64,000 nucleotides of DNA, from NCBI GenBank assembly GCA_963799775.1, contig CAWCYD010000003.1, forward strand, positions 1,152,001-1,216,000, written 5' to 3'. A program made the position numbers and the translations under genes. Of this stretch, positions 1 through 9,908 are shown piece after piece. The first letter of the stretch is position 1; each line of letters opens with the position of its first letter. The notes beneath the pieces were generated by a model, which worked only from the letters and a program-made list of their open reading frames with translations, made no database searches and was not told the origin of the DNA. Origin of the DNA: an uncultured archaeon (lineage in GTDB: Archaea; Thermoproteota; Nitrososphaeria; Nitrososphaerales; Gagatemarchaeaceae).

Positions 1-1875
1 CCGGGACCCGGTATATCCGCTGGATCGCGTAAGCCAGGTTCTCTATCTTCCTCTTGTCTCCGTGCTGGACGACGACCTGCTGGAGCTTCGGGCGCATCTT
101 CCCGATGAACCTGATTATCTGGTTGTAGTCGCTGTGCCCGCTGAAGCCCTCGACCTTCTCGGTCTTCGCGTTGACGTCGACTATCTTGATCTTCCCGTTG
201 TCCCCGAGGAGGCTCGCCTGGTGAGTGCCGTCGAGTACCCGCCTCCCCAGCGTGCCCTGCACCTGATATGAGACGAAGAGTATCTTGTTCCTGTCCGAAG
301 GGGCGATGTGCTCGAAGTACTGGAGCACTGGCCCGCCCTCTAGCATGCCCGAGGTCGCCATGATGACTGCAGGCCCCTCCCTCAGCGCCTCGTCGCGGTT
401 GGACGGGTGCTCGATCGAGGTGAAGTATTCGCTGACGAAGGGGTTCACTCCCTGCTCGAGTATCTTGGCCCTCAGCTCGCGCGAGAGGTAGTCCGCGTAT
501 GAGACGTGGATCGCCGTTGCCTCCGATATCATCCCCTCCAGGAAGACCGGGGCCTCGGTGAGGGACCTTGTTCCTCATGTAGTGGTCGAGGACGAGTATG
601 ATCTCCTGCGCCCTTCCGACCGCAGGGATGGGTATCAGGACCTTGCCGCCGTTCGCGAGCGTGCTGTTGATCGCGTTGACGAAGTTCATCTCGACCTCCT
701 CGCGCGGGGGCATTATGTCCTCCTTGTTCCCGTATGTCGCCTCGGTGATGAGCGTCTCGACTCTTGGGTAGTTCCAGCTCGCCGAGTCGAAGAGCTGGGT
801 CCTTCCGTACTTGTAGTCGCCGGTGTAGACGATGTTGTGCACGCCCTCTCCGATGTGGAGGTGGACCGTGGCCGAGCCGAGTATGTGCCCGGCGTTGTTG
901 AGGACGAGCTTGATGTCGGGCGAGATGTCGGTGACCGTCCCGTACTGGAGCGTTATCGTGTGCTGGATGAGGTCCCGGATGTCCTTCTGGTCGTAGAGGA
1001 CCCTCCCGCCCTCCATCTGGGCGATCTTGATGAAATCGTTCTGGAGGAGCGTCATCAGGGGAAGCGTCGGCTCCGTGCAGTAGACCGGGCCGTCGTAGCC
1101 GAACTTGTAGAGCGCAGGGAGGAACCCCATGTGGTCGAGGTGGCCGTGGCTCAGGACGACGGCGTCTATCTCGTTCAGGTTGACGTCCGCCCAGTCAAGG
1201 CGAGGGTAGGCGTCCCAGCTGTTCTTCGCCCCGGGGGAGATCCCAGCGTCCATCAGCACCTTGCTCTCCGAGGTCTCGACGAGCCAGCTCGACCTCCCCA
1301 CCTCCTGTCCCGCGCCGAGGCACTTTATCGTGACATGCTCGGCCGAGGTGAACCGAGGGCGGAAGATGCTCTCGCCCAGCTCCCTGTAGAACCTCTCCCT
1401 CTCGTCGCTCCCGGTCCTCATCGCGTAATACATGGTCTGGATGGCAGAGGACGCGATGTGAGGGGCCTTTCTCACCTTGATCTTCCAACCCGTGCTCCCC
1501 ATCAGCTCGCCCAGGTCGTAGCCCACGTCGGGGGAGAGGGCAGCTTGGGTTGCTGGCCTCGATCGTGACCTCGCCCGTGGCGTCGTCGAAGAAGAAGTTC
1601 GAAGCGCCGGCCTCGACTGGGAGCGCCTTCTCCAGTATCGCCTTTGCGTCCTGCTCCTGCTTCCTTATCGACTTCTCAGTGCGCGTCACGACCCGCTTCT
1701 TGACAGTGTTTACTATCTCAGAGATGATGTAGTTGTTCTGGTGCAGATACTTTGGGTTCTTGGTATAGAGCGCGATCCTCGGCCCTTCGTACTCTATCCT
1801 CGTGATCTGAGCCTCCGCTGGGATACTGTTGAGAATCGTCCCCATGAGGCTTACGTGGTTTGCCTTCTGCGCCAA
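1..1875 (-). CDS. fttA: beta-CASP ribonuclease aCPSF1/FttA (KH-KH-MBL-betaCASP); runs off window start; frameshifts near 1540 and 565
   Basis: N-terminal ITRIEYEGPRIALYTKNP; second frame has GAGQEVGRS, SHGHLDH and VLIPIPAVGRAQE; typical position downstream of psmB. Confidence 0.93.
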
Positions 1876-1878
1876 GCG

Positions 1879-2538
1879 TTAACTGCGTCCCGCGAACTGA
1901 GCGAGGAGCTTTTCCTTCTCCTGCTCTGAGACCTCCCTGAACCCCGCCTTGTCAATGATGGCGATGTCGAAACTGTCGCCTGTGAAGACGTTGCGCCTCA
2001 TCGCAGCGATGATCGCGTTGCCGGCCAGGGTGACGCCCTTTGCGACAGTCATGCCCTCCTGGTAACCCTCCTCAAGCACTCCCAGGGCGACAGGCGAGCC
2101 GCTCCCCGTCGCCGTCACCTTCTCGGGCAGGGCCGACCCGAACAGGTCGACGTTGTAGATCGAGCCGCCGGTCGAGTCGTATCCTCCGACTATAACGATG
2201 GCGATGTACGGGTAGTATCGGGAACCGAAAAGGATGTTCGAGACTATCCTCGCGGCCGACTTGACCGGGAGGGGGACGTTCTTCTCGATCCTGTAGCTGT
2301 TAGCGTAATACTTCAGGCTGTCCACGACGTTCTGGGCGTCCGCGACGCCTCCGGAGATCGTCACCGCGAGATGGCGGTCGACCTGGAGGAGCTTCTTGCC
2401 CCTCTTGTGGGCGATGAACCCTCCGGCCGTGACCCTCGTGTCGGTGGCCAGGACGACGCCGTCGGAGCAGACCAACCCCACGGTGGTCGTGCCGTGATAT
2501 CTGGTGTGTTCCGGTATCTTTTGGGTCGTGGCGCTCAA
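1879..2538 (-). CDS. psmB: Proteasome subunit beta (catalytic type)
   Basis: Propeptide then HG|TTTVG, DTRVT and GSGS motifs. Confidence 0.95.
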   Translation of the reverse strand: MSATTQKIPEHTRYHGTTTVGLVCSDGVVLATDTRVTAGGFIAHKRGKKLLQVDRHLAVTISGGVADAQNVVDSLKYYANSYRIEKNVPLPVKSAARIVSNILFGSRYYPYIAIVIVGGYDSTGGSIYNVDLFGSALPEKVTATGSGSPVALGVLEEGYQEGMTVAKGVTLAGNAIIAAMRRNVFTGDSFDIAIIDKAGFREVSEQEKEKLLAQFAGRS

Positions 2539-2749
2539 ATCGATTTCTCTCTTTCTCAGTGTCTATGGTTCTTAGTTATATGCGGAAAGTCCCCCGTAGG
2601 AGGACAGGACTGCTAGGTCTCTAACGCTTAATTAACTTTTGCGTGGACGGTGCCATCGCCCGGATGAAAAGTCCAGGCTCCCGCCGCGTTGGGGCTCTCA
2701 GGCCCCGGCTTGCGAAGTTTTTATTCTCCGGATTGTCGACCACGACACG

Positions 2750-3790
2750 ATGCCGCTGGGCTCCCACACGATGGAGTTCCCTCGGCGAATCCGGATCGGC
2801 GACGGGATTCTCAGGGAGCTGGGCGAGTTTGTCGAGTTCCCGAAGGGCGCAAGGTCGGCCGTGATAGCCTCGGGCGTCAACGTGAAGGAGAAGGTGAGAG
2901 ACGTCGTGACCAAGTCGATGGAAGCCCGCCTGGACTGGGTGGAGGTCGACTCCTCGGACCTGAGGAACGTCCAGAAGGTGATCAAGGCTGCTTCCAAGGC
3001 GTATTGCATCATCGGGATCGGCGGCGGCAAGAGCGTGGACGTCGGAAAGCTCGCCGCCTACAGGATCAACAAGCCGTTCTTCTCCGTGCCGACGAGCGCC
3101 TCGCACGACGGGATCTCCAGCCCCTTCGCGTCGATAACCGGGAGCGGGACGCACTACTCGGAGAGGGCGAAGCCGCCGGTGGGGATACTGGCGGATGTCG
3201 ACGTGATAGCGGCAGCCCCGAAGAGACTGGAGGCAGCAGGGTGCGGGGACCTCGTCTCGAAGCTCACCGCGGTCAAGGACTGGGAGCTGGCGAGCCGGGA
3301 GACAGGAGAGTACTTCGGCGGCTACGCCGCGAACCTCGCCATGATGAGCGCGCAAGTCTTCATGGAGGGCTCCAAGAAGATCGGCTCCTACGACCGAGCG
3401 TCCGCGAGGGCCCTCGTGGAAGGGCTCATCAGCGCAGGGGTGGCGGCCGGCATCGCGGGGAGCAGCCGACCCTGCAGCGGGTCGGAGCACCTCTTCAGCC
3501 ACGCGCTGGACGCCATATGCCCCGGGAAGGGCCTTCATGGCGAGCAGTGCGGTATCGGCACGATAATGATGGCCTCGCTCCACGGCCTCGACTGGATGGG
3601 TGTCAGGAGGGCGCTGAAGGACGTGAAGGCCCCGACCACCGGGGCAGAGCTCGGGATCTCGGACGTCGAGATAAAGACGGCGCTGGTCAAGGCTCCGTCG
3701 ATAAGGCCCGACCGCTATACGATATTGACGAAGGTCAAGCTCAACAAGAAGAGCGCAGGGGAGCTGGCGAAGAAGACGGGCGTGACCTGA
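2750..3790 (+). CDS. egsA: sn-glycerol-1-phosphate dehydrogenase
   Basis: GGGKSVDVGK, PTSASHDG, SGSEHLFSH, HGEQCG; ATG 2750 follows TTTTTAT box. Confidence 0.95.
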   Translation: MPLGSHTMEFPRRIRIGDGILRELGEFVEFPKGARSAVIASGVNVKEKVRDVVTKSMEARLDWVEVDSSDLRNVQKVIKAASKAYCIIGIGGGKSVDVGKLAAYRINKPFFSVPTSASHDGISSPFASITGSGTHYSERAKPPVGILADVDVIAAAPKRLEAAGCGDLVSKLTAVKDWELASRETGEYFGGYAANLAMMSAQVFMEGSKKIGSYDRASARALVEGLISAGVAAGIAGSSRPCSGSEHLFSHALDAICPGKGLHGEQCGIGTIMMASLHGLDWMGVRRALKDVKAPTTGAELGISDVEIKTALVKAPSIRPDRYTILTKVKLNKKSAGELAKKTGVT

Positions 3791-3795
3791 GCAGG

Positions 3796-4584
3796 CTAGG
3801 CGGTCTGCTTTGCTTCCTGCTTCTTCTCGGCGGCAGACTCTGGCTTGGCTTCCTCGGAGGCCTCCGGGGAGGACTGCTTGCCCTTGGCCTTCGCGGCTTC
3901 CTCTTTCCTCGGGTAGACCTCGGTGAACGTCACCTTCTTCACGTCCGGGACGAAGTGCAGGATGTCGTTCGCTATGCCCCTCTTGATGAACTGCAGCCCT
4001 TCGACAAGGAAGGCCTCGTCCGGGACTGACACGTCGACCTCCCCTTCCTTCTGGGTGAACGCGAGCTTCTCCCCTTCTCCGGGGAATCGCCTCTTCATGA
4101 GCGAGCGTATGGTGTCCTCTCCCGGTTCGACCTTTCTCAATGCCTCGATGTCGTAGACGAGGGTCTTGCCGGCGAGCTTGTGGTTGAAATCGACCTGAGC
4201 GCGGCCCGAGCCGATGAACCTGATTACTGCGACCCTGTTGTCTATCTCGACCTCGTCGCCGACCCTCAGCTCGTCAGCCTTGTCCCCGAACTTGCGCAAC
4301 GGGACCATGCGCATCAGGGTCGGGGCCCCTCCGCCCCAGGCCCTGTCTGGCGGGAGCTCCGCCGTCTTCTTCTCCCCGACGTCCATCTTGGATATCTCCT
4401 CGTCGAGGCCCTTTAGCACCCACTCCTCGCCGACCGCCACCAGCCGAGGCTCGTAGCGCCTGTCGGCGTCGTAGATGTCCAGCTTCTTCGCCTCGTCCTC
4501 CACGGTGGTCTCTATCGGCTCACCCGTGTCCTTGACCTTCGCGCTGTAGTTCACATAGACGAGAGTCCCTTTGGTAAACGGCAT
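3796..4584 (-). CDS. Long-type FKBP peptidyl-prolyl isomerase (SlyD-like)
   Basis: VNYSAKVKDTGEPIETT, VDFNHKLAGKTL, archaeal C-terminal domain; alternative GTG start at 4602. Confidence 0.92.
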   Translation of the reverse strand: MPFTKGTLVYVNYSAKVKDTGEPIETTVEDEAKKLDIYDADRRYEPRLVAVGEEWVLKGLDEEISKMDVGEKKTAELPPDRAWGGGAPTLMRMVPLRKFGDKADELRVGDEVEIDNRVAVIRFIGSGRAQVDFNHKLAGKTLVYDIEALRKVEPGEDTIRSLMKRRFPGEGEKLAFTQKEGEVDVSVPDEAFLVEGLQFIKRGIANDILHFVPDVKKVTFTEVYPRKEEAAKAKGKQSSPEASEEAKPESAAEKKQEAKQTA

Positions 4585-4697
4585 TGGGTATGAAGCACTC
4601 ACCGTCGCTGGTGGTCAGTTTTTAAATGCTTAGTGCTCGGTAACTGGTAACTCCTCGGCGCATGGGTGATTTTATACCTCTTCGACATGTCTGGAGC

Positions 4698-4979
4698 ATG
4701 TCGGGGCGCTCGACGCGCGGGGAGGAGCTCCGCGATCCTGCAAAAAAGGGGAACGTCGAGCACGACCGGACGGTATGTCCGGATGGGTCGGGGCCCATCC
4801 AAGCGGGGGCGGTCGAGGTTCCACCGTTCCCATCCTCTGTCGCAGGAGGCTACCTACCTCAGTGCGAAGGGGAGGAAGGGCTGGCAGGTGAAGCGATGAC
4901 CGGGAACGGGACGACGACCCTAATCCTCCGAGTCGATGCCAGCAAGTTGGCTCGACAGCGGCGTGAGCCGAAGAGCTAA
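4698..4979 (+). other. Orphan 93-aa ORF or structured non-coding RNA
   Basis: TTTTATA at about 4670, ATG about 28 nt later; several hairpins; no recognisable protein motif. Confidence 0.3.
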
Positions 4980-4997
4980 CAGAACCAGTGCTCGTCT

Positions 4998-6143
4998 CTA
5001 ACGGACCGCGACGTCGACGGCGGCCTTCAGGTCGACCGGGTGGCCCAGCTTGGTCAGCGTCTTCGCCATCGCGGCGACGGTCGTCTGGATGTCGGAGCTC
5101 GTCACGTTGCCCATCGAGCCCAGCCTAAGGATCTTCCCCTTGAGGGGGCCGAAGCCTCCGGTTATCACGACGTCGAACTCGTCGCTCATGATGCTCCTGA
5201 AATGCTCGTCGTCGACGCCTTTCGGACACTTTATGGTGATGACGGTGTTGGAGCGGTTGTCTCTCTCGGCGAAGCACTCGAGGCCCATCGACTCGGCGGC
5301 GGAGTAGAGCTGTGAGGCGCACTTTGTGTGTCTCGCCACCCTCTTCTCGAGCGTCTCCTCTTCCAGGACGGCGAGCGCCTCGTCAAGCGCGTAATAGAGA
5401 GAGACGGCGGGCGTGAAGGGGGTGTATCCGTGCTCCAGAAAGTCCAGGTGCTTGGCGAGGTCGAAGTATCTCACGGTCGCCGGGGTGCGCTTGAGGTAGT
5501 CGGCGACGGCCCGGTTCAGCGAGATGAGCACCAGCCCGGGTGGCGCCGCGATGCACTTTTGGCTGGCCGTGACGCACATGTCTACCTCCCAATCGTCCAC
5601 CGGGACCGAGTAGCCCCCTATGCTCGAGACTCCGTCGACGACCATGAATGCGTGCTTCTCGTGGGCGGCCTTCGCGAGCTCGCGGATGTACGGGATGGCG
5701 ACCCCCGTGCTCGTCTCGTTGTGCACCGTGTAGACCGCCTTTAGGTTCTCTGTCCTCCTGATGGCCTCGCGGACCTCTTCGAGGCGCGGGACGCTCCCCG
5801 GCTCCGCGAAGACCTTGACGACGTTCCCCCCGGCGAGCTCGATAGCCTCGGCGAGCCGCTGACCGAACTCTCCATAGACGGGGACGACCACGTTGTCTCC
5901 CCGCCTGACGAGCGCGAAGGCGACCGCCTCGACGCCTCCGGTCCCCGACGCAGTTATCGTGACTATGTGCTCCTTCGTCTGGAAGAGGTACTTGCTCCTC
6001 TCCGTGATGCTCGCTAGGAGCTGCGTGAACTCCTCAGACCTGTGGTTGATCATGGGCTTTAGCATCGCCTTCATGACCCTGTCCGAGACGTTGGTGGGGC
6101 CCGGGACCATCAGGAGCTTCTTCTTCGGCGAGACCGTGGGCAT
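4998..6143 (-). CDS. Class V PLP aminotransferase (serine-pyruvate/alanine-glyoxylate family)
   Basis: LLMVPGP, HNETSTG, DGVSS, ASQKC (PLP lysine). Confidence 0.93.
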   Translation of the reverse strand: MPTVSPKKKLLMVPGPTNVSDRVMKAMLKPMINHRSEEFTQLLASITERSKYLFQTKEHIVTITASGTGGVEAVAFALVRRGDNVVVPVYGEFGQRLAEAIELAGGNVVKVFAEPGSVPRLEEVREAIRRTENLKAVYTVHNETSTGVAIPYIRELAKAAHEKHAFMVVDGVSSIGGYSVPVDDWEVDMCVTASQKCIAAPPGLVLISLNRAVADYLKRTPATVRYFDLAKHLDFLEHGYTPFTPAVSLYYALDEALAVLEEETLEKRVARHTKCASQLYSAAESMGLECFAERDNRSNTVITIKCPKGVDDEHFRSIMSDEFDVVITGGFGPLKGKILRLGSMGNVTSSDIQTTVAAMAKTLTKLGHPVDLKAAVDVAVR

Positions 6144-6155
6144 GCTGCTCTCCCC

Positions 6156-6686
6156 CTACCCCTCTCCTTCAAGGTCTTTGTGAATCATGCTTCTAACCCT
6201 CTCCACCCCACCGATGCTCTTGACCATCGACGCGACCGTCTCTGGGACGAGCTTGTCCCACTCCTTCATCTCGAGGATCCTGTTCCGGACGTTCGTCGCG
6301 GAGTAAGACGACCTCTCCAGGTACTTGACCGCCTCCACGTTGACTCCTTCTTCCTTCAGGAGCCTTGTCGTGAGGCCGTCGTTGGTGAAGACGGTGTCGA
6401 AAGGAGGCACGCTCGCTCTTAGGATCGCCGGCCAGAGCGCGTGAGACTCTGTGTCTGCAATCGGGATTGCCATCCACTTCGACGGGTCGACGCCGCTAGA
6501 GTCGAGCGCGGCCTTGATCATCGCTATCCTCTCACCCGAGGTGAAGGGGTTGTCGCGTTCGTGGTTCCTCTGCGAGCTCCCGACGACGATGTAGAGGTAG
6601 TCCACCTTTGTCAGGGCATAGCGGACCGCTTCTAGATGCCCGTTGTGGAAAGGCTGGAATCTTCCCACAAGTACGCCGACGGCCAA
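6156..6686 (-). CDS. nadM: Nicotinamide-nucleotide adenylyltransferase
   Basis: GRFQPFHNGH, NPFTSGER, SATNVR; TTG start at 6686 (the ORF-track extension overlaps rtcA). Confidence 0.93.
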   Translation of the reverse strand: MAVGVLVGRFQPFHNGHLEAVRYALTKVDYLYIVVGSSQRNHERDNPFTSGERIAMIKAALDSSGVDPSKWMAIPIADTESHALWPAILRASVPPFDTVFTNDGLTTRLLKEEGVNVEAVKYLERSSYSATNVRNRILEMKEWDKLVPETVASMVKSIGGVERVRSMIHKDLEGEG

Positions 6687-6792
6687 AGACCCTCTCACGC
6701 TGCGGATTTTCGGTGAGTATTTAAGACGTTTATGCCCCGCTCGAGCACTTACGACAAGTGCGAACGGCGGCCCTTCGCCGAGCTCCACGCCG

Positions 6793-7829
6793 GTGGAGGT
6801 GGACGGTTCTTTTGGCGAGGGCGGCGGACAGATCCTGAGGACAGCGATCTGTTTCGCGATGGTCTTCGGCATCCCAATCCACGTCACGAAGATCCGTGCT
6901 GGGAGGAAGGTCACGGGGCTCAGGCCCCAGCACTCGGCGACGATCAAGATCCTTGGGGAGATATGCTCTGCCAAGGTCGAGGGAGCTGAGGTCGGCTCGA
7001 CAGAGTTGAGGTTCTTCCCCGGCCAGGTCGACGAGGAGAGAGGCTCTTTCAACCTCGGGACCGCAGCGAGCATCCCACTCGTCCTGCAGGCGGTGATACC
7101 TGCCGTCTCCCTCATGGGCAAGGCATACGACCTGGACTTGGTGGGGGGGACGGACGTGCCATGGAGCCCCACCTCGGACTACCTCGAGAAGGTGGTCCTT
7201 CCTGCGATGAGGGAGGTAGGGATCGGCTTCTCGTTCCAGGTCGGAAGGCGGGGGTATTATCCCAACGGGGGAGGGACGGCCAAGATCCACATTGAGGCAT
7301 GCAAGAAGGTGCTGGCCCTGGACCTCTCGAAAGAGAGGAGCGGCCCGAAGCGGGCTTCTCTGGTGAGCCGGTGCGCAAGGCTGCCCGTGAGCGTAGCCGA
7401 GAGGCAGGCGAGGGCGGCAAGCTCCTTCCTCGAGAGAGGGGGTGTCGACGTGGTTTTGAGGGACGTCCGGCTCGAAGAGGCGGTCTCGCCGGGGAGCTCC
7501 ATCCTCGTCTCGCTGGTCGAGGCAGGTTCCTATCTCGGTGGGGACTCGATGGGGCCAGAGGGAAGCCCGCCGAGACTGTGGGGCGAGAGGCGTCGGAGAG
7601 GTTCCTCGCCGCCCTCGAAACTGAAGCGAGGGTGGACGCGCACCTCGCGGACATGCTCGCCCCTGTCCTCTGTCTCGCGGAGTCGCCCTCAGCCCTCCGA
7701 ATCCCCTTCGTCACGGAGCACCTCAGGACGAGCCTGCAAGTGGCAAGACAGTTCACCTCGGCGAATCACAGGTTCGAGTCGGTGGGAGACGCGACGCTGC
7801 TCCTAATCTCGCCGGAGAGAGCAAAATAG
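6793..7829 (+). CDS. rtcA: RNA 3'-terminal phosphate cyclase; frameshift near 7552; start uncertain (ACG 6751 or GTG 6793)
   Basis: DGSFGEGGGQILR, GLRPQH, GGTDV, RRGYYPNGGG; second frame VDAHLADML and TEHLRTS. Confidence 0.92.
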
Positions 7830-7874
7830 CTAATAACACCGCACCAACGGCGAATCCTAGGTAATCAGATCAAG

Positions 7875-8483
7875 ATGTCTTTCGACGCTTACATCCCCGG
7901 TGCGACGGCGGTCGGGATCACGTACAAGGACGGGGTCGTGCTGGGAGCGGAGAGGAGGATAACGCTAGGAAACTACGTCATCAGCAAACGAGGGAAGAAG
8001 ACGTTCAAGGTGACGGAGAACACCGGAGCGGTCTGCGCGGGAATGGTCGCCGACATGCAGAACCTGGTCAAGGAGGTCGGGGTGTATGCAAAGCTCAAGG
8101 AACTCGAGGCGAAGAGACAGCTGAGGCCTTCGGCCGTCGCCAAGCTGACCTCGGTGATAATGTTCGAGAGGAGGTTCTCCCCCCTGCTCACGCAGGTCAT
8201 ACTCGGAGGCGTCGATTCCAAGCCGAAGATTTGGGTCTTGGACCCTCTCGGGAGCTTGATCGCGGACGAGTACGCCTCGGTCGGGACGGGTGCCGAGATG
8301 GCGACGGGGGCCATCGAGGCGGGCTACAGCCCAGGGCTCTCCGAGAAAGACGCGAGAGAGCTCACGGTGACCTCGATAAAGGCGGCCATCGAGAGAGACG
8401 CGATGAGCGGGAACGGGATCGACCTAATCACCCTGGACAAGCAGGGCGTCCGCGAAGAGTCCCTACCGGCCAAGGCCGAATAA
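7875..8483 (+). CDS. psmB: Proteasome subunit beta, second paralog (no catalytic Thr1)
   Basis: PGATAVG in place of GTTT; GMVADMQ; RDAMSGNG. Confidence 0.9.
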   Translation: MSFDAYIPGATAVGITYKDGVVLGAERRITLGNYVISKRGKKTFKVTENTGAVCAGMVADMQNLVKEVGVYAKLKELEAKRQLRPSAVAKLTSVIMFERRFSPLLTQVILGGVDSKPKIWVLDPLGSLIADEYASVGTGAEMATGAIEAGYSPGLSEKDARELTVTSIKAAIERDAMSGNGIDLITLDKQGVREESLPAKAE

Positions 8484-8496
8484 GCGATCGCAGGCA

Positions 8497-8643
8497 CTAC
8501 TCGGGGACGCTTTCCGAGTGGACCTTTCCGTCCTTGAGAGACACGAAAAGGAACCTGTTGTCCTCGAAGACTAGAGTAAGCTCGTTCTCCTTCTCAGTGA
8601 CCGTTAAGAGCCTCTTCTCAACTATACCATCGAACTTTGCCAT
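8497..8643 (-). CDS. Small hypothetical protein, 48 aa (MAKFDGIVEKRLLTVTEKENELTLVFEDNRFLFVSLKDGKVHSESVPE)
   Basis: Hand-translated ATG-TAG ORF below the track cutoff; protein-like composition; A-rich box upstream. Confidence 0.7.
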   Translation of the reverse strand: MAKFDGIVEKRLLTVTEKENELTLVFEDNRFLFVSLKDGKVHSESVPE

Positions 8644-8703
8644 CTAGTTCTCAGCCTCTCTTGGCTCTGTTTATTTCTGTCTTCCGTCGGGCGCGGGGAC
8701 GAC

Positions 8704-8892
8704 TCACTCGGCGAACGACGATAGCCGCGCGTTGTTCTTCTGGGTCGCGTATTGCTCGATCGTCTTGCCCGTCGCCCCTTTGACAAGCGACCTGATCACC
8801 TCGTCCATGCTCCCGCTCCTGTTCTTGTCCCTGATGGCCTTCAACACCCTGTGGGTGTCATCGTGGACCTTCACCGTCTTCGAGACGACCAT
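8704..8892 (-). CDS. Small ribbon-helix-helix (VapB-antitoxin-like) DNA-binding protein
   Basis: KTVKVHDDTHRVLKAIR...SMDEVIRSL pattern. Confidence 0.7.
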   Translation of the reverse strand: MVVSKTVKVHDDTHRVLKAIRDKNRSGSMDEVIRSLVKGATGKTIEQYATQKNNARLSSFAE

Positions 8893-8948
8893 CCTGTCCG
8901 ACGTCTAGGTCGCGCGGCGCTTGAAAAGCTTGCTAATGGTTTCGTGGG

Positions 8949-9035
8949 TGACTCAGTTTCGTCGCGAGTTCATCATCTGGCCCCGGAGCTAATCTGGGGC
9001 CTCTGACTGGGACGGCGTTTACCTCATCGTCGATC
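8949..9035 (-). ncRNA. Box C/D guide sRNA, predicted to guide 2'-O-methylation of 23S G2251 (E. coli numbering)
   Basis: C ACGATGA 9030-9024; D' CAGA 9005-9002; GGCCCC/GGGGCC hairpin; C' ATGATGA 8976-8970; D CTGA 8956-8953; both guides complementary to conserved 23S domain V sequence. Confidence 0.65.
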
Positions 9036-9182
9036 GATGAGGCGGGCCCCCGGCTTTTTAGTCTTACCCCGTGCGCGTCCTCTTCACGACCGCCACACTC
9101 TGCAAACGCTCGGAGCGGTGAAAAGACGGCCGCTGACAGCGGCGAACGTTAATATCCCCATCGCGCCCAATCCTTTGCGTCG

Positions 9183-9890
9183 ATGTCCTTTGACCCTACG
9201 ACGCTCCTGATCGGGGTTGCCGCTGGTGGGGCGGCGGGGCTCGGGATTTCTTACGCTTCGTTCTACCCTAGGAGCGGCAGGACCAAGAACGTCCGCGTGA
9301 CGCAGAGAGACGAGACCGGCCAGCTCCGCAAGAAGACGGTCAGTGTAGAGGAGCTTGAGAGGTCCAGGAGGGAGATGCGGACTCTGCTGCTGGAGAGGAA
9401 CCTTCTCTCGGCAGCCCTGACGAAGATCTACGAGGCGGAGAACGAGGGGAAGATAACCCGCGAGGAGCGGGAGATGATAGCAAAGCGCTACAGCACCCAG
9501 ATCAGGGCACTAGAGTCCAGGTTGAGCGACAGGGAGCTCTTGGTGGAGGTCGGCGAACTGGAAGGTCTGAGGGACGAGCTCGTGACGCTCTTCAGGGAGA
9601 AGATCCAGAACATAGAGACGAGGCTGGACCAGGCCAAGGAGAGGCTGCCTGTCGCTTCGCAGGCGAGCGCCCAACGGACGGAGCCCGCGGTCGTGACGAG
9701 CGCTCGCAAGTCGGCAGCGACCGTGGTCGCGACGACGTCTTCAGCTCAATCCTCGCAGGGCGAGGAGCCTAGAGAAGGTCGTAGAGCGCAAGTCGCCTAG
9801 GAGGGACGACACGGAAGGAGAGAGGAGGGTCAAGGCGATCCGTGACGAGGTGATGGAGGCGCTCGAGAGGTTGGAGCAGATCGACTCTAG
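9183..9890 (+). CDS. N-terminally membrane-anchored coiled-coil protein; frameshift near 9768
   Basis: TM helix, heptad-rich region; second frame ends VKAIRDEVMEALERLEQIDS. Confidence 0.75.
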
Positions 9891-9908
9891 GAAAGAAACC
9901 GAGTCAAG

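Noticed and set aside
2610-2661. Minus-strand GGCGATGGCACCGTCC resembling a fluoride riboswitch
   Set aside because: Pseudoknot partner and 3' GCUNAUGAC core are missing; downstream gene is psmB.
4700-4995. RNase P or SRP RNA gene
   Set aside because: P4 strands do not pair correctly and the SRP helix-8 motif is absent; kept only as a low-interest finding.
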